A DNA stretch of 64,000 nucleotides from Epithemia pelagica (GCA_946965045.2 OX337230.1:310001-374000); one strand, 5' to 3'; shown: positions 1-12,531, numbered from the stretch's first letter. Notes: generated by a model from the letters alone, not told the origin. A program made the numbers and translations.

Positions 1-4
1 ACAC

Positions 5-86
5 CATGCACAGTCAAGAACCAATAGTCATCACATCCCTCCACCTTCATGCACAGTCAAGAACCAACAGTCATCACATACCCTCC
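5..86. repeat. 43-bp tandem repeat (CATGCACAGTCAAGAACCAA...), about 2 copies
   Basis: Copies start at 5 and 48. Confidence 0.85.
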
Positions 87-286
87 TATGTATGCACTCA
101 TCCTTGATTGTGTCACATCACCATCATGCGCATTACTCCAGCATCAAGTGCAAGCAAGTTGAACACAGTGCATTTAACTAACACCATGCACACACTCCCA
201 CTAACAACCAGCGAATGAATGGAACACAATACATGTAGCTATATAGGAGTAGTATATGAAATGAAACCAATTGTCACTCTGATCAA

Positions 287-2279
287 TCACTGCCATGACC
301 GTTTTCGTGGCCTTTTAGAAGGCCTTGTCACAGCATCATCATCTGCATACCCCATTCGAGAGCGATATTGCCCATTGAGAAACATCATGAACCAGATACC
401 ACGGTCGCCTGCTCTGTCTTCACGAGCGATTTTCTCTTCCATATCCTCAAAATAGTCCATACCATCCTCATTCATACATCGACTTGAGTTCCAACTGCCT
501 GAATATTTGAAGCGAGGATACCTTGCTGAGGATGTATCAATCATTTGATCAACACCATTTTCATTGTACCACCTTGGATTTAATTCAAATAGTTTCGCCT
601 TGAAAGTGGTCTTGCCCATGTGAGTCCACACATCCCAGCAATCCACAAGGATGGTCAATATGAACGCCTCGTCACTTGAAGTGAATAACTTCAAGGCCTT
701 TTCGCAATGTTCCTTTCCCTGCTGCTCAGTGTGGTCACCAAAATTGAAATCAATCACGGTTTTATGCATATTCTCACCATAGACACATGGACCAAACAAT
801 TGCAAGAGATATGAATAGGCATAGTTGTCACACTTCTCTCCTCTCAATAACAGAAATTCTTCCAGGGTAGGCATTGGCCCAAAGTCTTCACAGTCGTTCA
901 AAAGGCATGGATACCTCCGCTGGAAATTACTGTCACGCCATAGATCAAGACCCACATGTTCTAGATTCAGCAACAAATTATCTCACATCTCTTTATGAGA
1001 AGACGACGTGATGAACCAACACATTCACTCTTCGATTGACACTTACTTATGAATGCTTTTCGCATGGAAGCCAGAACATTTGATCGTTTGCTTCGGAACT
1101 TGTCAAGCATATAAGGTGAATGTTCAATCCACCACTCCTCTTGTTGTTTTGCATCCGTAATACCTTTGCCTTTGAAATAGTGCTCAGTAAAATATGTTTT
1201 GCCATACTTCCCCCAAAGACCATTCGGATCTGCCTTAGTATCTTCGGACATGGAGAAATACTTGACATAACGCCATGCCACCTTCCGAACAAATGTATCA
1301 AAGAACTTCTCCGATACCACCTCAGGCTTTTTCTTCGGCTTTTGCTTCTTACTCTTGTCCTTTTCAACAGAACCTTTGTGTGTAGTGGATGTTACAATCG
1401 TACTTGTCGGGCAAGATGATTGATTATGGTATACTGTTGTTGTCTGTGTTTCCTGTGCCAACTGATTTTGAATATCGTCTTGTAGAAGAGTTTCCATCGC
1501 CTGATCAGGCCCTGTTGTTAGCAAAGTAGATGACGAAGATGACGACATATCCGAAAGGGAAGAAACGTCGTTAGCAAAGGTATCACCTGATGCATTCAAC
1601 CCACAAACACCCCCGTCATTAGAGCCGTCTCACCGACAAATTGTCCTCCTCCATTTTGTGCATCTAACAACTTACTGACAAGTCCTCCAGCAGGAAAATG
1701 TCTTTCATTAGGATCAAAATCATCTCCATCATACTCACTGGGTCCATTGCTCATATTCTGCAATGCTCGTTGCATTTCAGGTCCAGTGAGAATATTTACA
1801 CCGACGTCGTCTTCCTCCATGTTATTAACTGCCGTGTTTGTTGGTTGCGCAAAACCAGATGATGGTTGTGTTCTCAGCCCACCCTGTTCATTATTGCTAT
1901 CATCTGCTGAAGTCACATCGGCTCCATCTCTTTCTGAATTTGTTGCCTGCTCCAAAAGATTACCACTCCCTTCCACAGTTGTGCCTTCTTGTGCTTGTGC
2001 TTGATCGTTGTTCATCGAGATCTGTTCCTCTTCTTCCTCGTCATCAGAACTATCTTCTTGGAGTACTAAACCTCCATTGGCTGCTGCAATAAGAGCATCT
2101 TTGTTTGTAATTGTCCCGTCCTTGTTAGGAAGATTCTCTTTATTTCTTGTTGCCACTGCTGCCAAGATGCTTCTTCGTTGTCGTTCAACCTCTTTCTGAT
2201 TACTTCCATAGTTTGCATTTCGGACTGCTAAGGGTCGACGCCTCGTTGGAGCTGCATTTCTGGTGGTGACTCCTGCCAT
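287..2279 (-). CDS. Transposon accessory protein, about 619 aa, 3 exons (2279-1634, 1586-1047, 960-287)
   Basis: Three overlapping ORFs join in frame via GT-AG introns 1633-1587 (GTGAG donor, 47 nt) and 1046-961 (GTAAGT donor, 86 nt). The C-terminal TSSDEAF...W...GSW...EDGMDYF...DR pattern resembles second-ORF proteins seen next to CACTA/Plavaka transposases. Confidence 0.65.
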
Positions 2280-2843
2280 CGTTTATCTTGGATGCTCCGT
2301 CTGATTTATGACAAGGATATGAACAAGAGCAGGGTGACAACAAGTCCTCTGATGGACAACCATTCAAATTCAAATGCTGGAATGCTCCATGTTTGAATCA
2401 TAAACTCCGTGTTTGAACGATGGTCATCTGGAGAACGTATGAAGATGAGCATAGGTGGTTTCAAGTACATCATACTTGTCAGATGGAACATTGGTGCATG
2501 AGTTTGAATGATTGTCATTTCCTTTCTAATGTCGACAGTGTAGGTATCCTCGGCATTGACACAGTGTTTGAATTCCAATCGCTGCTATCACCGTTGGTAT
2601 CTAACCCGGCAGGCTGGATTGCAATAAGTAAATACACACGACCGTTTGAAAATATTATGATCCGTTCATGTACATAAGCGATTTTCAGTCGCTTTTATGC
2701 ACCAACGTCGGCCGATCCACCCAATGCGGAGAAATTCTGATATATGCCACAAGATTGACCACCGATGTCTCAATTTGCAGAAATCGATTACAGAGCATTT
2801 TTCATTCCAAACCAAAATCTAAAACCACCAGCATCGTACCATC

Positions 2844-5800
2844 ATGGGCCAGCGTCGTAAAGTAAAAAAGAAGTTGCGAAAGAGATGCTCAAATACAAGC
2901 CAACAAGAGGAGTCCTTCATATCCTTTCAAGTGTGTCGTTTCTGTCAATCACGTTTCGATGCAAGAGGAATCAGCCGTCACGAAACAGTTTGTGAATTGA
3001 AAATGAACACACAAAGGAAATGGCCAAATGTTGGCGATGACAACAATGATTGTGCCAGTAATATGAATGCTGATCCAATGAATATTGATATCATGGACGA
3101 TGAAACCACTATTCCGCATGCTGACCCACCAAAAGCATACTATGTACCTGGTGATACAGATAATATTATTCTGCGCAACAGCAAGGAGTGCCCGGTTGAT
3201 TTTCCTGCGTTCCTTGATAGAGATGGGAAGCAATTAAAACTTCATAAACACGATGCAGCCTTGGTCTCACTTATGATGTTACTTCGGAAAGCTGGTTGCC
3301 CCAAATATTTGTACAATTCGATCCTGGCATGGTCGAGTGACACATACTCAAGATGCGGTCCTGGGTTCTTCCTGGACAACCATTCAAAGAGGAAAACGTT
3401 CATCGAAAAGTTTTCTACCAAAGGTTTCAATTATCCCAAGGCAAAATTTTTCCCGGTACCAATGGAATTCACCCAAAAACAGGGTGTGGTTGTACCAGAG
3501 AGTGAGAAATCAATAACAACACCAGTATTTGATTTGATCAGTCAACTACAGCGTGTATTACAAGATCCCGATGCAACCAAGAAAGAAAATACGATCCTCG
3601 ATGATGACGATCCGTATCGTCCATATGTTCCAAACAAGCACATCCAAAATATACAAGACGGAGAAGTATTTCGGAAAACAGTGGAAAAATATAGAGATGA
3701 TCCAGATGCCTTCGTGGTTGGTCTTGTCTGTTATATGGACAAAACACATGCAACAGGGGATGGAAGATATACATCGGAGCCTGTTGTAATGGTGCCATCT
3801 TTTCTAACGGAAACACAAATGAGGAAAGCAAGGCGACAGATCATCCTTGGGACTATTACAGACATGGAAAGAAAATCATCGGCGGCAAAACATATCCTCG
3901 ATAAAGGGACTCCTTGCCGAAATTATCATGCTCAATTGACTAAGATCCTCGAAGGTCTTGTCAGTATCCAAAAACAGGAAGGTTTATGGATGAAACTACG
4001 CCTCCATGGGATTATCAAAGTTGTCCGTTTGATATTGCCAATGATTGTTGTCAAAGGAGACGGGAAGTCTCAGGATAACCTTGGAGGTCGGTATGCCTCG
4101 CATCATCCAAGTGTTGGAAGACTATCATGGTGTTGCAACATTAAACCAAGGGATAGCAGATACCCATGGCATGAATGTTCTTATATCAACGCTGCAAGTA
4201 CATACAAAATGTGCTTGAATGCATTGGGTCTTAATGAAAATCGAGAAAAACTGACTGAACAGGATGTTGATTACCAAGAGAGAGACAATGATACATTTTC
4301 GACTTTGACTGTTCCTACCTGTTTGAGCACATCGCAAGTAAGTCAAGAAAATAGCAGAGATGGAGGGGTCAATACCCTTGTGTCAGCTGCAAAAACCCAA
4401 TTGCATGACATGGGACAATATGCAGTCGATCTTTGTTTTTCCAAGGTTTACCTGGGTGAAGGAACCAATTCTGAACATGGGATTTTCTCGGCCAGTAGTT
4501 GTGATGTTCTTCATACATTGAAATCTGGGATAATGAGATACATCATGATTGACTTTTTCACGTTGATGACAAAAACTGAACGGGCCATGTTTGATTATGT
4601 CTACAATTCAATCTTTCGGGCAAGTAGACAGACTGTATTCTCGTATTCATCGAAACTTGGATATCCCGGAACATCATTCTCGACCGGGATCAGTAACCTG
4701 TCAAAAGTAACTGCCAATGAGTGGGTTGGGATCATGTTTGCTTCAGCAGCTCTATGTGCCACTGCCAGAGGTCGCCTTATATTTGCGAAGAATATGGCAA
4801 AGAAATGGAACAAGGTGGTTGCGGAATGGAAAAAACGACAAGCAAAGCAAACATCCAAAACCACCAACAAGACATGTCAAGCGGACATGGATCAAGTGCA
4901 AGAGACAAGTGAACCTATTGCTGACAATGAGGATGATACTCCACCAGATGAAGAGTACGAACGTACACGTCTTGATGATGATGATAGTGTTGACATTGAT
5001 ATCACAGCTGAAACTGTTTTTGATGATGACCCAGTTGCTTACAGGTCTATCTGGGATGTTGATGAGCGGGAACCATACATAGACTTCCTGCATCTATTCG
5101 AGACTCTTTTGTGTTTCAACAGCTGGATTCGTATGGATACATTCTGGGAAACAGACCCAGACTCACATGAAGGACAAACAACAGCTTCCAAGTCTCTCGA
5201 ATCAGTGCGGATTTTGATGGATGGCATCAGGAGATATGCACCCAGGCTCGATAAAAAAGGCAAATTGATGTCCAACGGGTGGATGATACCAAAATTCCAC
5301 AATCTCATACACATTATACAACAGATTCAGAATTTTGGACCAGCACGACTGCTTGATGTGGAGTCAGAGGAAAGTAATCACAAGGAAATTGTGAAATTGA
5401 ATGCAAAAACGGTACAGAAACGTGGAAAAGGAATTTTTGAGTCGCAACTTGCAGAAAATATCTGGTGGATGCAAAGCTTGGAAATGCTGCAGGAAGCAAC
5501 AGGTCTTGAAGAAGATCATGTCACCTTTCTCCAGGAAGGGAAGTCGCCTTATGAAATAAGGAGAAAAAAGGGATCCCAAAACCAACTCCCTACCACATCA
5601 ACCTCAAATAGTCGTGGAACGGTCATAGTAGTATCCATGACCAGAGAAAAATGTTTGATTCCAGTACCTCACACGAACGTACATACTTCTGGTGATAATC
5701 AAGACCAGTCATCAAATGAAATAGAAAAGGATCTTCCGTCTCCACTGGGTATGTCGATTCAAGTTCCAGGCACGACCAGAAAAGAACAAGACGGATCAAA

Positions 5801-6701
5801 CCGAAACCAGACGAGTAGTGTACACAGGCGATTGACAGCAGCACCACACAAGGAGGATGTGGTATCAGTGAATATCGAATTCCATTCCAAAACAAATCAT
5901 GACATGACATTGCCACAGTTTTGTAATCACTTCTTTTGATTACATTACAAACGCTTTTTTCATCATATAGACGGGATGAATGATGATCCAACAAATGAGA
6001 CTTCAACCACACTGGAATTGTTCGGGAGCACAGAACTTAAGTTCGAAGACCCCAGGATAGGAAATATACGGGCTCATCCGAATTATCAAAGCGAGGGGCC
6101 ATGGAGAGATTGGGTGATGGCTAAAGTTCCAAAGAAAAAAAGGAAACCTCTTGACGAGGTATACAACCAACCTCTCGGAGAATTTGATACCATCCTATGT
6201 CAAACGATATGCTTCATTCAAATACCCATTACTCGAACAGACCACATACAAATACAACCATCACCGGTATGTCAACCTTCAACTTCACCCGAGATGACCC
6301 ATGTCCTTCTCCGAACGACATACGTACGGAGTGCAGCTGATATCGAGAAATCATCCGTTCTCTTTCAAAAATGGCGGAAGCGTTTTGACCTACATCGAAT
6401 AGCTGAAATTGTCATGGTTCCACTCCGGAATATTGTTGAGGTTGTTGGTGTAGTGGATGAGAACCCAGAAATGATTCAAGACCGTGATTCTATCCCAACA
6501 TATTTCCATTCTTCACTTGAGAAAGATTTGCTCCAAGAAGACAGTCGTAATTTGAGAAACTTTAGTGACAATGTCTGGGCCGTGCGCAACATCAAAGAAT
6601 GGGCTTCCGAATTCAATGAAAGTGCCCGTGACAATCTCGAGAAACGCTGTAATGAAATGAAAGAAAGATTGAAACAATCCGTCAGCAATTCGACCTCATG
6701 A
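2844..6701 (+). CDS. Plavaka-like transposase interrupted by one in-frame TGA (5937-5939)
   Basis: Motifs VCYMDKTH, RNYHAQL..IL, GDGKSQD, DVLHTLKSG, PKFHNLIH...FG...ESEESNHK, and C-terminal RAHPNYQSEGPWRDW. ORFs 2844-5939 and 5976-6701 are in the same frame, separated only by the TGA. Confidence 0.8.
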
Positions 6702-6898
6702 TCATAATTTGCCTCTATGGGGGGTTGTCACATACCAGCACTCCCCTCCTAATCTCCCCCCCCCAACCGTACGCGAGCCGACCAATTCAACTCAGAGTGT
6801 CACACACAAATTGGATGAAACAGTAGATACTTTCCATCGTTTTCCAAAAGTCATCCTCAGTCTTCAGTCAGTTAGGCTATTCTACTCCTCTTCAAACA

Positions 6899-8026
6899 AT
6901 GATCAACCCATACAAATCGAGGAAGAAAACAGTTCCACCCTTGGTGGTCAAACCAAACTTTCCAGTCACAAAGATACCTCCATCTAATGAAGAAATGATG
7001 ATCAACCCATATGAGCTAGAGGAAATAGGGACCCCAATGGTCAAAACGCACTCTCCAACCCCGAAAACTTGCGACGGTGAACATGACAAGAAGCCACCGC
7101 CTGCGTCCAAATCAATAATCAAATGTCATCCACTTCCTTCTTCTAAGCTTGATACCAAGGAAGAAGAGGAGAAGAAACTACCACCAATCAAGCGCCCATC
7201 GTATCAGTTGATCCCAAACCCATATAAGAAGAAGCTCAAGGTTGCCGATCCATCTACTATTCCAATCTTGCTATTACGTGACTCTCCTCCGATGTGTAAA
7301 CCAAGAGCAAACCGAGATAAACTGCATCTCGAAGTTATTCGGTTCACTGAGCTTGTCAATAAAATCTATGGATCCAATGATGTTCCCCCAGAGCCAGTCT
7401 GTCCTTGGTGTTTTGTAACCGACAACCTTTCAACAGATCGTAGACTTACAGGAAAATGTTGGCATCGCTTCGGTAAATCTCTCTCATGTGCCGATTGTTG
7501 TTATGGTTGTGGAGTGCCCATGAACGGATGTGATTCAGGTGGGAATGAACGTTGTTGCACCGAAGCCCTGTATATCCATGATTCGATGAATATCACACGC
7601 GAAGAATCAGACATAAACAAGGTTCCATTGGTGTGTAAGTCTTGCTTAAGGCCATGCAATTCTTATTCAGAATGCGTCTTCTCGCATGGTTGTTGGAACT
7701 CTTGCAACAAGTACTTCGTCTGGCGATTCTGTCATATTGCTGGACGGGCGTTGGTGTACGCACAATTGAAGCCCAATTGCAAAGGACCAGGCACGATTCC
7801 CAAACATGCACAGGATATTATCAAAAACGCAACAGAGTTGATGTACAACGAACTGCGAGATCCGATGGAGTCTTCTCAGTATACATCTCCATTTTGTCAT
7901 GTTCTCGACCAAGACTCCTGGTCTAAATGGCTTGTCTCCATGTCTTTCGGTCGATACTACAATTACATGCCGTTCTTCTGTCATTGTTACACAGCCTTGA
8001 TGTCTTCATCGAAACCATTGTATTAA
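6899..8026 (+). CDS. Cys/His-rich putative Zn-binding protein, 375 aa, with repeated (I/P)NPY motifs
   Basis: Long ORF with multiple CxxC pairs; paralogous to 8088-9140. Confidence 0.65.
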   Translation: MINPYKSRKKTVPPLVVKPNFPVTKIPPSNEEMMINPYELEEIGTPMVKTHSPTPKTCDGEHDKKPPPASKSIIKCHPLPSSKLDTKEEEEKKLPPIKRPSYQLIPNPYKKKLKVADPSTIPILLLRDSPPMCKPRANRDKLHLEVIRFTELVNKIYGSNDVPPEPVCPWCFVTDNLSTDRRLTGKCWHRFGKSLSCADCCYGCGVPMNGCDSGGNERCCTEALYIHDSMNITREESDINKVPLVCKSCLRPCNSYSECVFSHGCWNSCNKYFVWRFCHIAGRALVYAQLKPNCKGPGTIPKHAQDIIKNATELMYNELRDPMESSQYTSPFCHVLDQDSWSKWLVSMSFGRYYNYMPFFCHCYTALMSSSKPLY

Positions 8027-8087
8027 ACAAAGACTCGACTTCTTCCAAAGGCAAACTGGGAACAGATAACAAGATTTATAATATATG

Positions 8088-9140
8088 TCAATGATCATTA
8101 CCATCCATATTTCCACGTTCCAACTCCGCCGTCTCAGCCATTCTTTCGAGACAATTACGGAAGCACCTGACAAAAAGTGGCATGTAGTTGCGAAAACCAG
8201 CCGTAGAATGAGGCAACGAAAGCAACCAAACTGCCCATGTTTTATCAGATGCTCGGGCATAATCGTATGGGGCACAATCGTTATCATCAAAATAGAAACG
8301 GGATCGCAATTCCTCAAGCCAAACGCTGCGGACAATAGTAAACATTGGCCAGGTGATTTGACGGGGAAAGTTCACACCATCGTAAAATGATGTTATTTGA
8401 AAAGTACGCGCCACAATATGGCGTATGAGCATACAGAACTGCCACACAAAGTGCTTGTTCTCAGATTCCACACAGACACTGCATGAATCCAAATCTGGTT
8501 GTGGAATCCCAAAAGGTATTGAGCGTTCGGGAATTCGGAAACATTCCCTACACACCTGACAATGAAATGTTGGATGCCTGTGGCGGTGACATAAGTTACA
8601 ACGCATCAAAAAACTCTGCTGCCAGATAACCGAATAATCGAGATATGCCGCACGTGTTACCACTGTATTATTTCCATGATTGCACTGGTGATGTGGTGTG
8701 GGACGACCAAGGATAACACAGTATGGACAGAGTTTCTCACCTCTAAGCATTTCGTCCACCAACCGTTTGAATTCAGTCTGGATTTCATGACCGACACGCA
8801 TCTCTTCTCTGAGTTGTTCTATGACTTGTGGTACATCTTCTTCTTCATTATCGTAATCAAAAAAGATCCTCCCAGCGTCCCTGTAACAAGGCCGATCATT
8901 CACTTCCAAGTTCCTGTCGTTGATCGCCTGCATTTCTCGTCGTCGTCTACGTTCCCGAACATAAAAATCTTCTTCCTCCGATTCATCTCCCGATTCATCC
9001 TCCGGTTGGTCCTCCGGATTGTCAGCCATTCTGTTTGCAGTCTCCTTCTCTTCGTTTTGCTGTGAATGCAAATACCTGTACTTGTTGCTTCTTCTTTGGA
9101 TTTTTATGAAACCTCTGCTGTCATATGAACGAGAGTTCAA
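8088..9140 (-). CDS. Cys/His-rich putative Zn-binding protein, about 350 aa; convergent paralogue of 6899-8026
   Basis: Shared motifs CPxC, VCxxCxR, NKxFVWxFC and WxxWLxS...NYMPxF. Start codon uncertain. Confidence 0.65.
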   Translation of the reverse strand: MNSRSYDSRGFIKIQRRSNKYRYLHSQQNEEKETANRMADNPEDQPEDESGDESEEEDFYVRERRRRREMQAINDRNLEVNDRPCYRDAGRIFFDYDNEEEDVPQVIEQLREEMRVGHEIQTEFKRLVDEMLRGEKLCPYCVILGRPTPHHQCNHGNNTVVTRAAYLDYSVIWQQSFLMRCNLCHRHRHPTFHCQVCRECFRIPERSIPFGIPQPDLDSCSVCVESENKHFVWQFCMLIRHIVARTFQITSFYDGVNFPRQITWPMFTIVRSVWLEELRSRFYFDDNDCAPYDYARASDKTWAVWLLSLPHSTAGFRNYMPLFVRCFRNCLERMAETAELERGNMDGNDH

Positions 9141-9285
9141 CTGGAAATAGATCCACGGATAACCGATCGGTCGCGTTTGTGTACAGAAATCGTCACACTA
9201 TACTATTCACTGTGAGTATTACCACATACTGTGAGGATAAGTGTAATCATTCCCAACATGGTCGCGTTTCACTCGCTGGGCTGAC

Positions 9286-9560
9286 CTATCGGTGTGGCTT
9301 TGCAAAATTCCATTGACATGGAACAATGACATGCTTCTAGAACTTGAATGGCTCCAAATTTTCGTAGAGACCATTTGGGTATCATTTGCATGGACAGTAA
9401 AGGCTCTGAACTTGTCTATCATCAACCAAAAAACTTGCAATAGACCCTACCGGTGTGGTGTTGCCGTCGTCCCAAAATTCTATGGACATGGAGCAAAGAC
9501 ATGCTTCTAGAACTCGAATGGCTCCAAATTTTCTAGAGACCCTTGGGGTATCATAGGCAT
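9286..9560. repeat. Imperfect direct duplication, period about 170 bp
   Basis: GACATGG..CAA.GACATGCTTCTAGAACT.GAATGGCTCCAAATTTTC occurs at ~9315 and ~9485. Confidence 0.8.
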
Positions 9561-9621
9561 TGATTGATGGTAGGTAGTGGTTTTGCTGACAGGTGGACAT
9601 GGTCTTGTATATTAGAAATCT

Positions 9622-12468
9622 CTATTCGTCACTAGATTTCTGGCCCGACGCCAAGCCTCCAATTTCATGAGAATTGTCATCCTCGTTTTGTGTTACGGTA
9701 GCACTCAAAGATCTTGCATTTGTGCTAAAAAACCAACCAATCGTATGATTTCCCACATTCTTGTCTTTCGGTGGTATGGAGTGTGTATGGACAGATGTTC
9801 CATGTCTGATGATTCTCCCGTCCCATGCGATCGCAATGCCATGGAATAACCGGATACAAAGCCCATGATAAGTCTTGTCGTTATGCTTTATAAGGACGTT
9901 GGGAAGGACGAAATACCAATCGTTGGTGCTGCCCGGGTTGGTTTCTGTCCAGATTGTAAAGGACACTGATGCATCATGAATATCATAGTGGCTTGCATTC
10001 ATCAAATCGCAACTCAAAATGATGGATGATGACACACCCCTTTCGTTTCCTCCCAATTCGTTTGGGACATCCAAACCGAAGTTTGTTTCCAGGTGTCTGA
10101 AAGCCGATAACACACCAGGGAATTTCCTCTCACAGAATCGCCGAACACCTCCACAGATTTTTGGCAATATATTCATCATGTTGGGAGATATTTTGAAAAG
10201 TTTGTCAGAAAAGAATGTACTTCTGCCACCTGTTTTTGTGCACACACCAACAGATGTCATGGTCCCCATATCACCATGGTTACACCTTGCATTGGCTGAT
10301 CTCTCTAGTGTACCGCTCTGCGCGAAGTGACATGACCTCTTGTGTAACAATGAAAGTAGGTTTTTGTCATTTTGCTGAAGTGTTGTCACTTTGACATGGC
10401 TGATGGTTTCGTTTTTACCCGCGTACCCACGTGTCCGAACAATGAATGTTGTATCTTCTCCGGTTTCCCTTACATCAAACAGGAGCGGACGGACTGAAGT
10501 ATCAGGCGGAGGGGACAGGTTTCTATACAATGCTCCATGGACGTACTTTCGGCATCCAGTCTTGTTAGCACTGGCTTTATTCAGCAGTGTTTCACGATAC
10601 CACACTCTAAGAGAATGTTGGTCGTTTGGTGTCATTTTTGGTCTGGACTTTTCACTTGTATAATGATCAGGGGCCCAAAGTGGAGAACCACTTTCGACAT
10701 CAGACGCTTGGTAGCATTCATGGACAACTCTCTTTGCACTTTGTGTCCAATCAATACACCAACACTTGACAACCTTTTTGAGGAATGCCCCACCACTTGG
10801 TTGGCCGTCGGAATGTCGTAAGCGCAGCCAGGATATAGGTAGTGCTACCAAAGATGAAGTGCATTCCGATGTTGCATACCCAGTATTCATTATCATTGCC
10901 GAAGTATAAAAAATACCGGCCAAAGGGATGATAACAATCACGTCATGGAAAATATGGTCCATACAATCATCACAGTTTTTCGTGGATGTGCGACAATGGA
11001 AGATTGTATCGTCAAACGCAGACCACACGGTTTTGGGGTATTTCCGATGTCCCTTATGTCGTTGACAGCGATTCAGTACACATTCTACCAAGAAGGCACA
11101 TGGAGACCGGGTTGTTAAGAACTTCAGGTCACATTCTGTCACATGAAGCTTGTTGTCTTCGAAACAACAATGGCTTGCTGGATCTTCCGCCACCTCACCA
11201 ACCATGTCTTTCATTTGTTCGTACATGTTAGGTAATTTTCCCATGATTGTCTGGAGGTCTGTTGGTGTGATGTTGTAGTCTTTCAGAACCTTTGTATAGC
11301 AGATGCCGAACACTCTCCGATCATCATTGCTACTGAGACAGAGTGATAGTAAGTCGCGTAGTCTTTTTGCTACCTTGTCCATGTCAGGAATTGCAAAAAA
11401 ACACATTTCTGTATGATCGGATTCATTTGGTTTGGAGAATTTTGTCGTCAAATGGCTAGGTTTCTCAGCCTGTCGTCTCATATACTTCTTCATCGTTTCA
11501 TGTGTTAGTGTCAACTTCGATAGGCCCTCTTGTCGTCGTTGCTTGTTCGTGGGTAGTCCCCTGGATGAACCAATGGTCTTACATCCTTTTCTTTTCCTTT
11601 CCGGTGAAGTATTTTGTTCGTCAGTATCGTCATGATTATCGTGTATTGGAGACTCGTGAATCTCCTTCGTACCTCGTTTGTCTTGTATGCGCTGATCCGT
11701 TTGTGCTGTCGTGTTGATGCTACTTCCCTTGTTATGGTCGTTTTTTGTCATTTGGTCATCGTTGTTCTTTTTGCTACCTTTTTGTTTGTCGGTACTATCC
11801 TTTCCTTCTTTGGTTTGTGTCGCATCATCTTGGTTGACACTGTCATTGTGACAGCTAGACGGATTATCACTGTCAGGTGCGTTGTTGGCATTCTTAGACA
11901 CGTCACATTCCTTGCCCTTTTGTTTGTCTGTAGAACCATTGCCATCTCTGCTTTGTATCTCTTCCCCTTGTCCACATTCATCTTGGTGACTGGAGGTTGC
12001 TTTCTGACCGCTCTGTCTGTTCCGATCATCCCTCTCCTGATTGTCCTTGGAATTCCAACCAAGTTTGGATAGGCCATCCTGCCCTCCACGACTCGCTGTA
12101 ATGTGATGAATGTCCTTTTCTCCCTCTCTACGAGGTGATTGATTTGGTTGACTATTACCTCTATCAGTTGAGGGACGGTTAGGCTCTCTCTGACGGGTAC
12201 GCCTAGAATGATCGTTGTGTCCAGGATGACTGTCACTAAGTGACAAATGGTGCCTGGAATGTTCGTTGTATCCAGGGAATCTCTCCCAATCCATCGGATG
12301 TCGATTAGACCATTGATTGTGGCTATCTCTGTATACCGAATGGTGCCTTGTATGTTCTCTTGAATGTTCGTTGTATCCAGAGAATCTCCTCCAATCCATC
12401 GAATGTCGATTAGACAATTGATTTTGATTATCATGTCTTCTTTTTCTATCCCGGTAAGTGTTTTCCAT
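9622..12468 (-). CDS. TET/JBP-like 2OG-Fe(II) dioxygenase domain protein (C-terminal part of a larger gene)
   Basis: C-terminal NASHYDIHD (HxD), WYFVLPNV, LFHGIAIAWDGRIIRHGTS (distal H), preceded by MTSVGV. In frame with upstream ORF 12532-14847 across a single TGA. Confidence 0.7.
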   Translation of the reverse strand: MENTYRDRKRRHDNQNQLSNRHSMDWRRFSGYNEHSREHTRHHSVYRDSHNQWSNRHPMDWERFPGYNEHSRHHLSLSDSHPGHNDHSRRTRQREPNRPSTDRGNSQPNQSPRREGEKDIHHITASRGGQDGLSKLGWNSKDNQERDDRNRQSGQKATSSHQDECGQGEEIQSRDGNGSTDKQKGKECDVSKNANNAPDSDNPSSCHNDSVNQDDATQTKEGKDSTDKQKGSKKNNDDQMTKNDHNKGSSINTTAQTDQRIQDKRGTKEIHESPIHDNHDDTDEQNTSPERKRKGCKTIGSSRGLPTNKQRRQEGLSKLTLTHETMKKYMRRQAEKPSHLTTKFSKPNESDHTEMCFFAIPDMDKVAKRLRDLLSLCLSSNDDRRVFGICYTKVLKDYNITPTDLQTIMGKLPNMYEQMKDMVGEVAEDPASHCCFEDNKLHVTECDLKFLTTRSPCAFLVECVLNRCQRHKGHRKYPKTVWSAFDDTIFHCRTSTKNCDDCMDHIFHDVIVIIPLAGIFYTSAMIMNTGYATSECTSSLVALPISWLRLRHSDGQPSGGAFLKKVVKCWCIDWTQSAKRVVHECYQASDVESGSPLWAPDHYTSEKSRPKMTPNDQHSLRVWYRETLLNKASANKTGCRKYVHGALYRNLSPPPDTSVRPLLFDVRETGEDTTFIVRTRGYAGKNETISHVKVTTLQQNDKNLLSLLHKRSCHFAQSGTLERSANARCNHGDMGTMTSVGVCTKTGGRSTFFSDKLFKISPNMMNILPKICGGVRRFCERKFPGVLSAFRHLETNFGLDVPNELGGNERGVSSSIILSCDLMNASHYDIHDASVSFTIWTETNPGSTNDWYFVLPNVLIKHNDKTYHGLCIRLFHGIAIAWDGRIIRHGTSVHTHSIPPKDKNVGNHTIGWFFSTNARSLSATVTQNEDDNSHEIGGLASGQKSSDE

Positions 12469-12531
12469 GATTTGATCTCTTCTCCCTCTAGACTCGTCTT
12501 GGTGGTTATCATGGTATCCAGGTTGGTCTTG

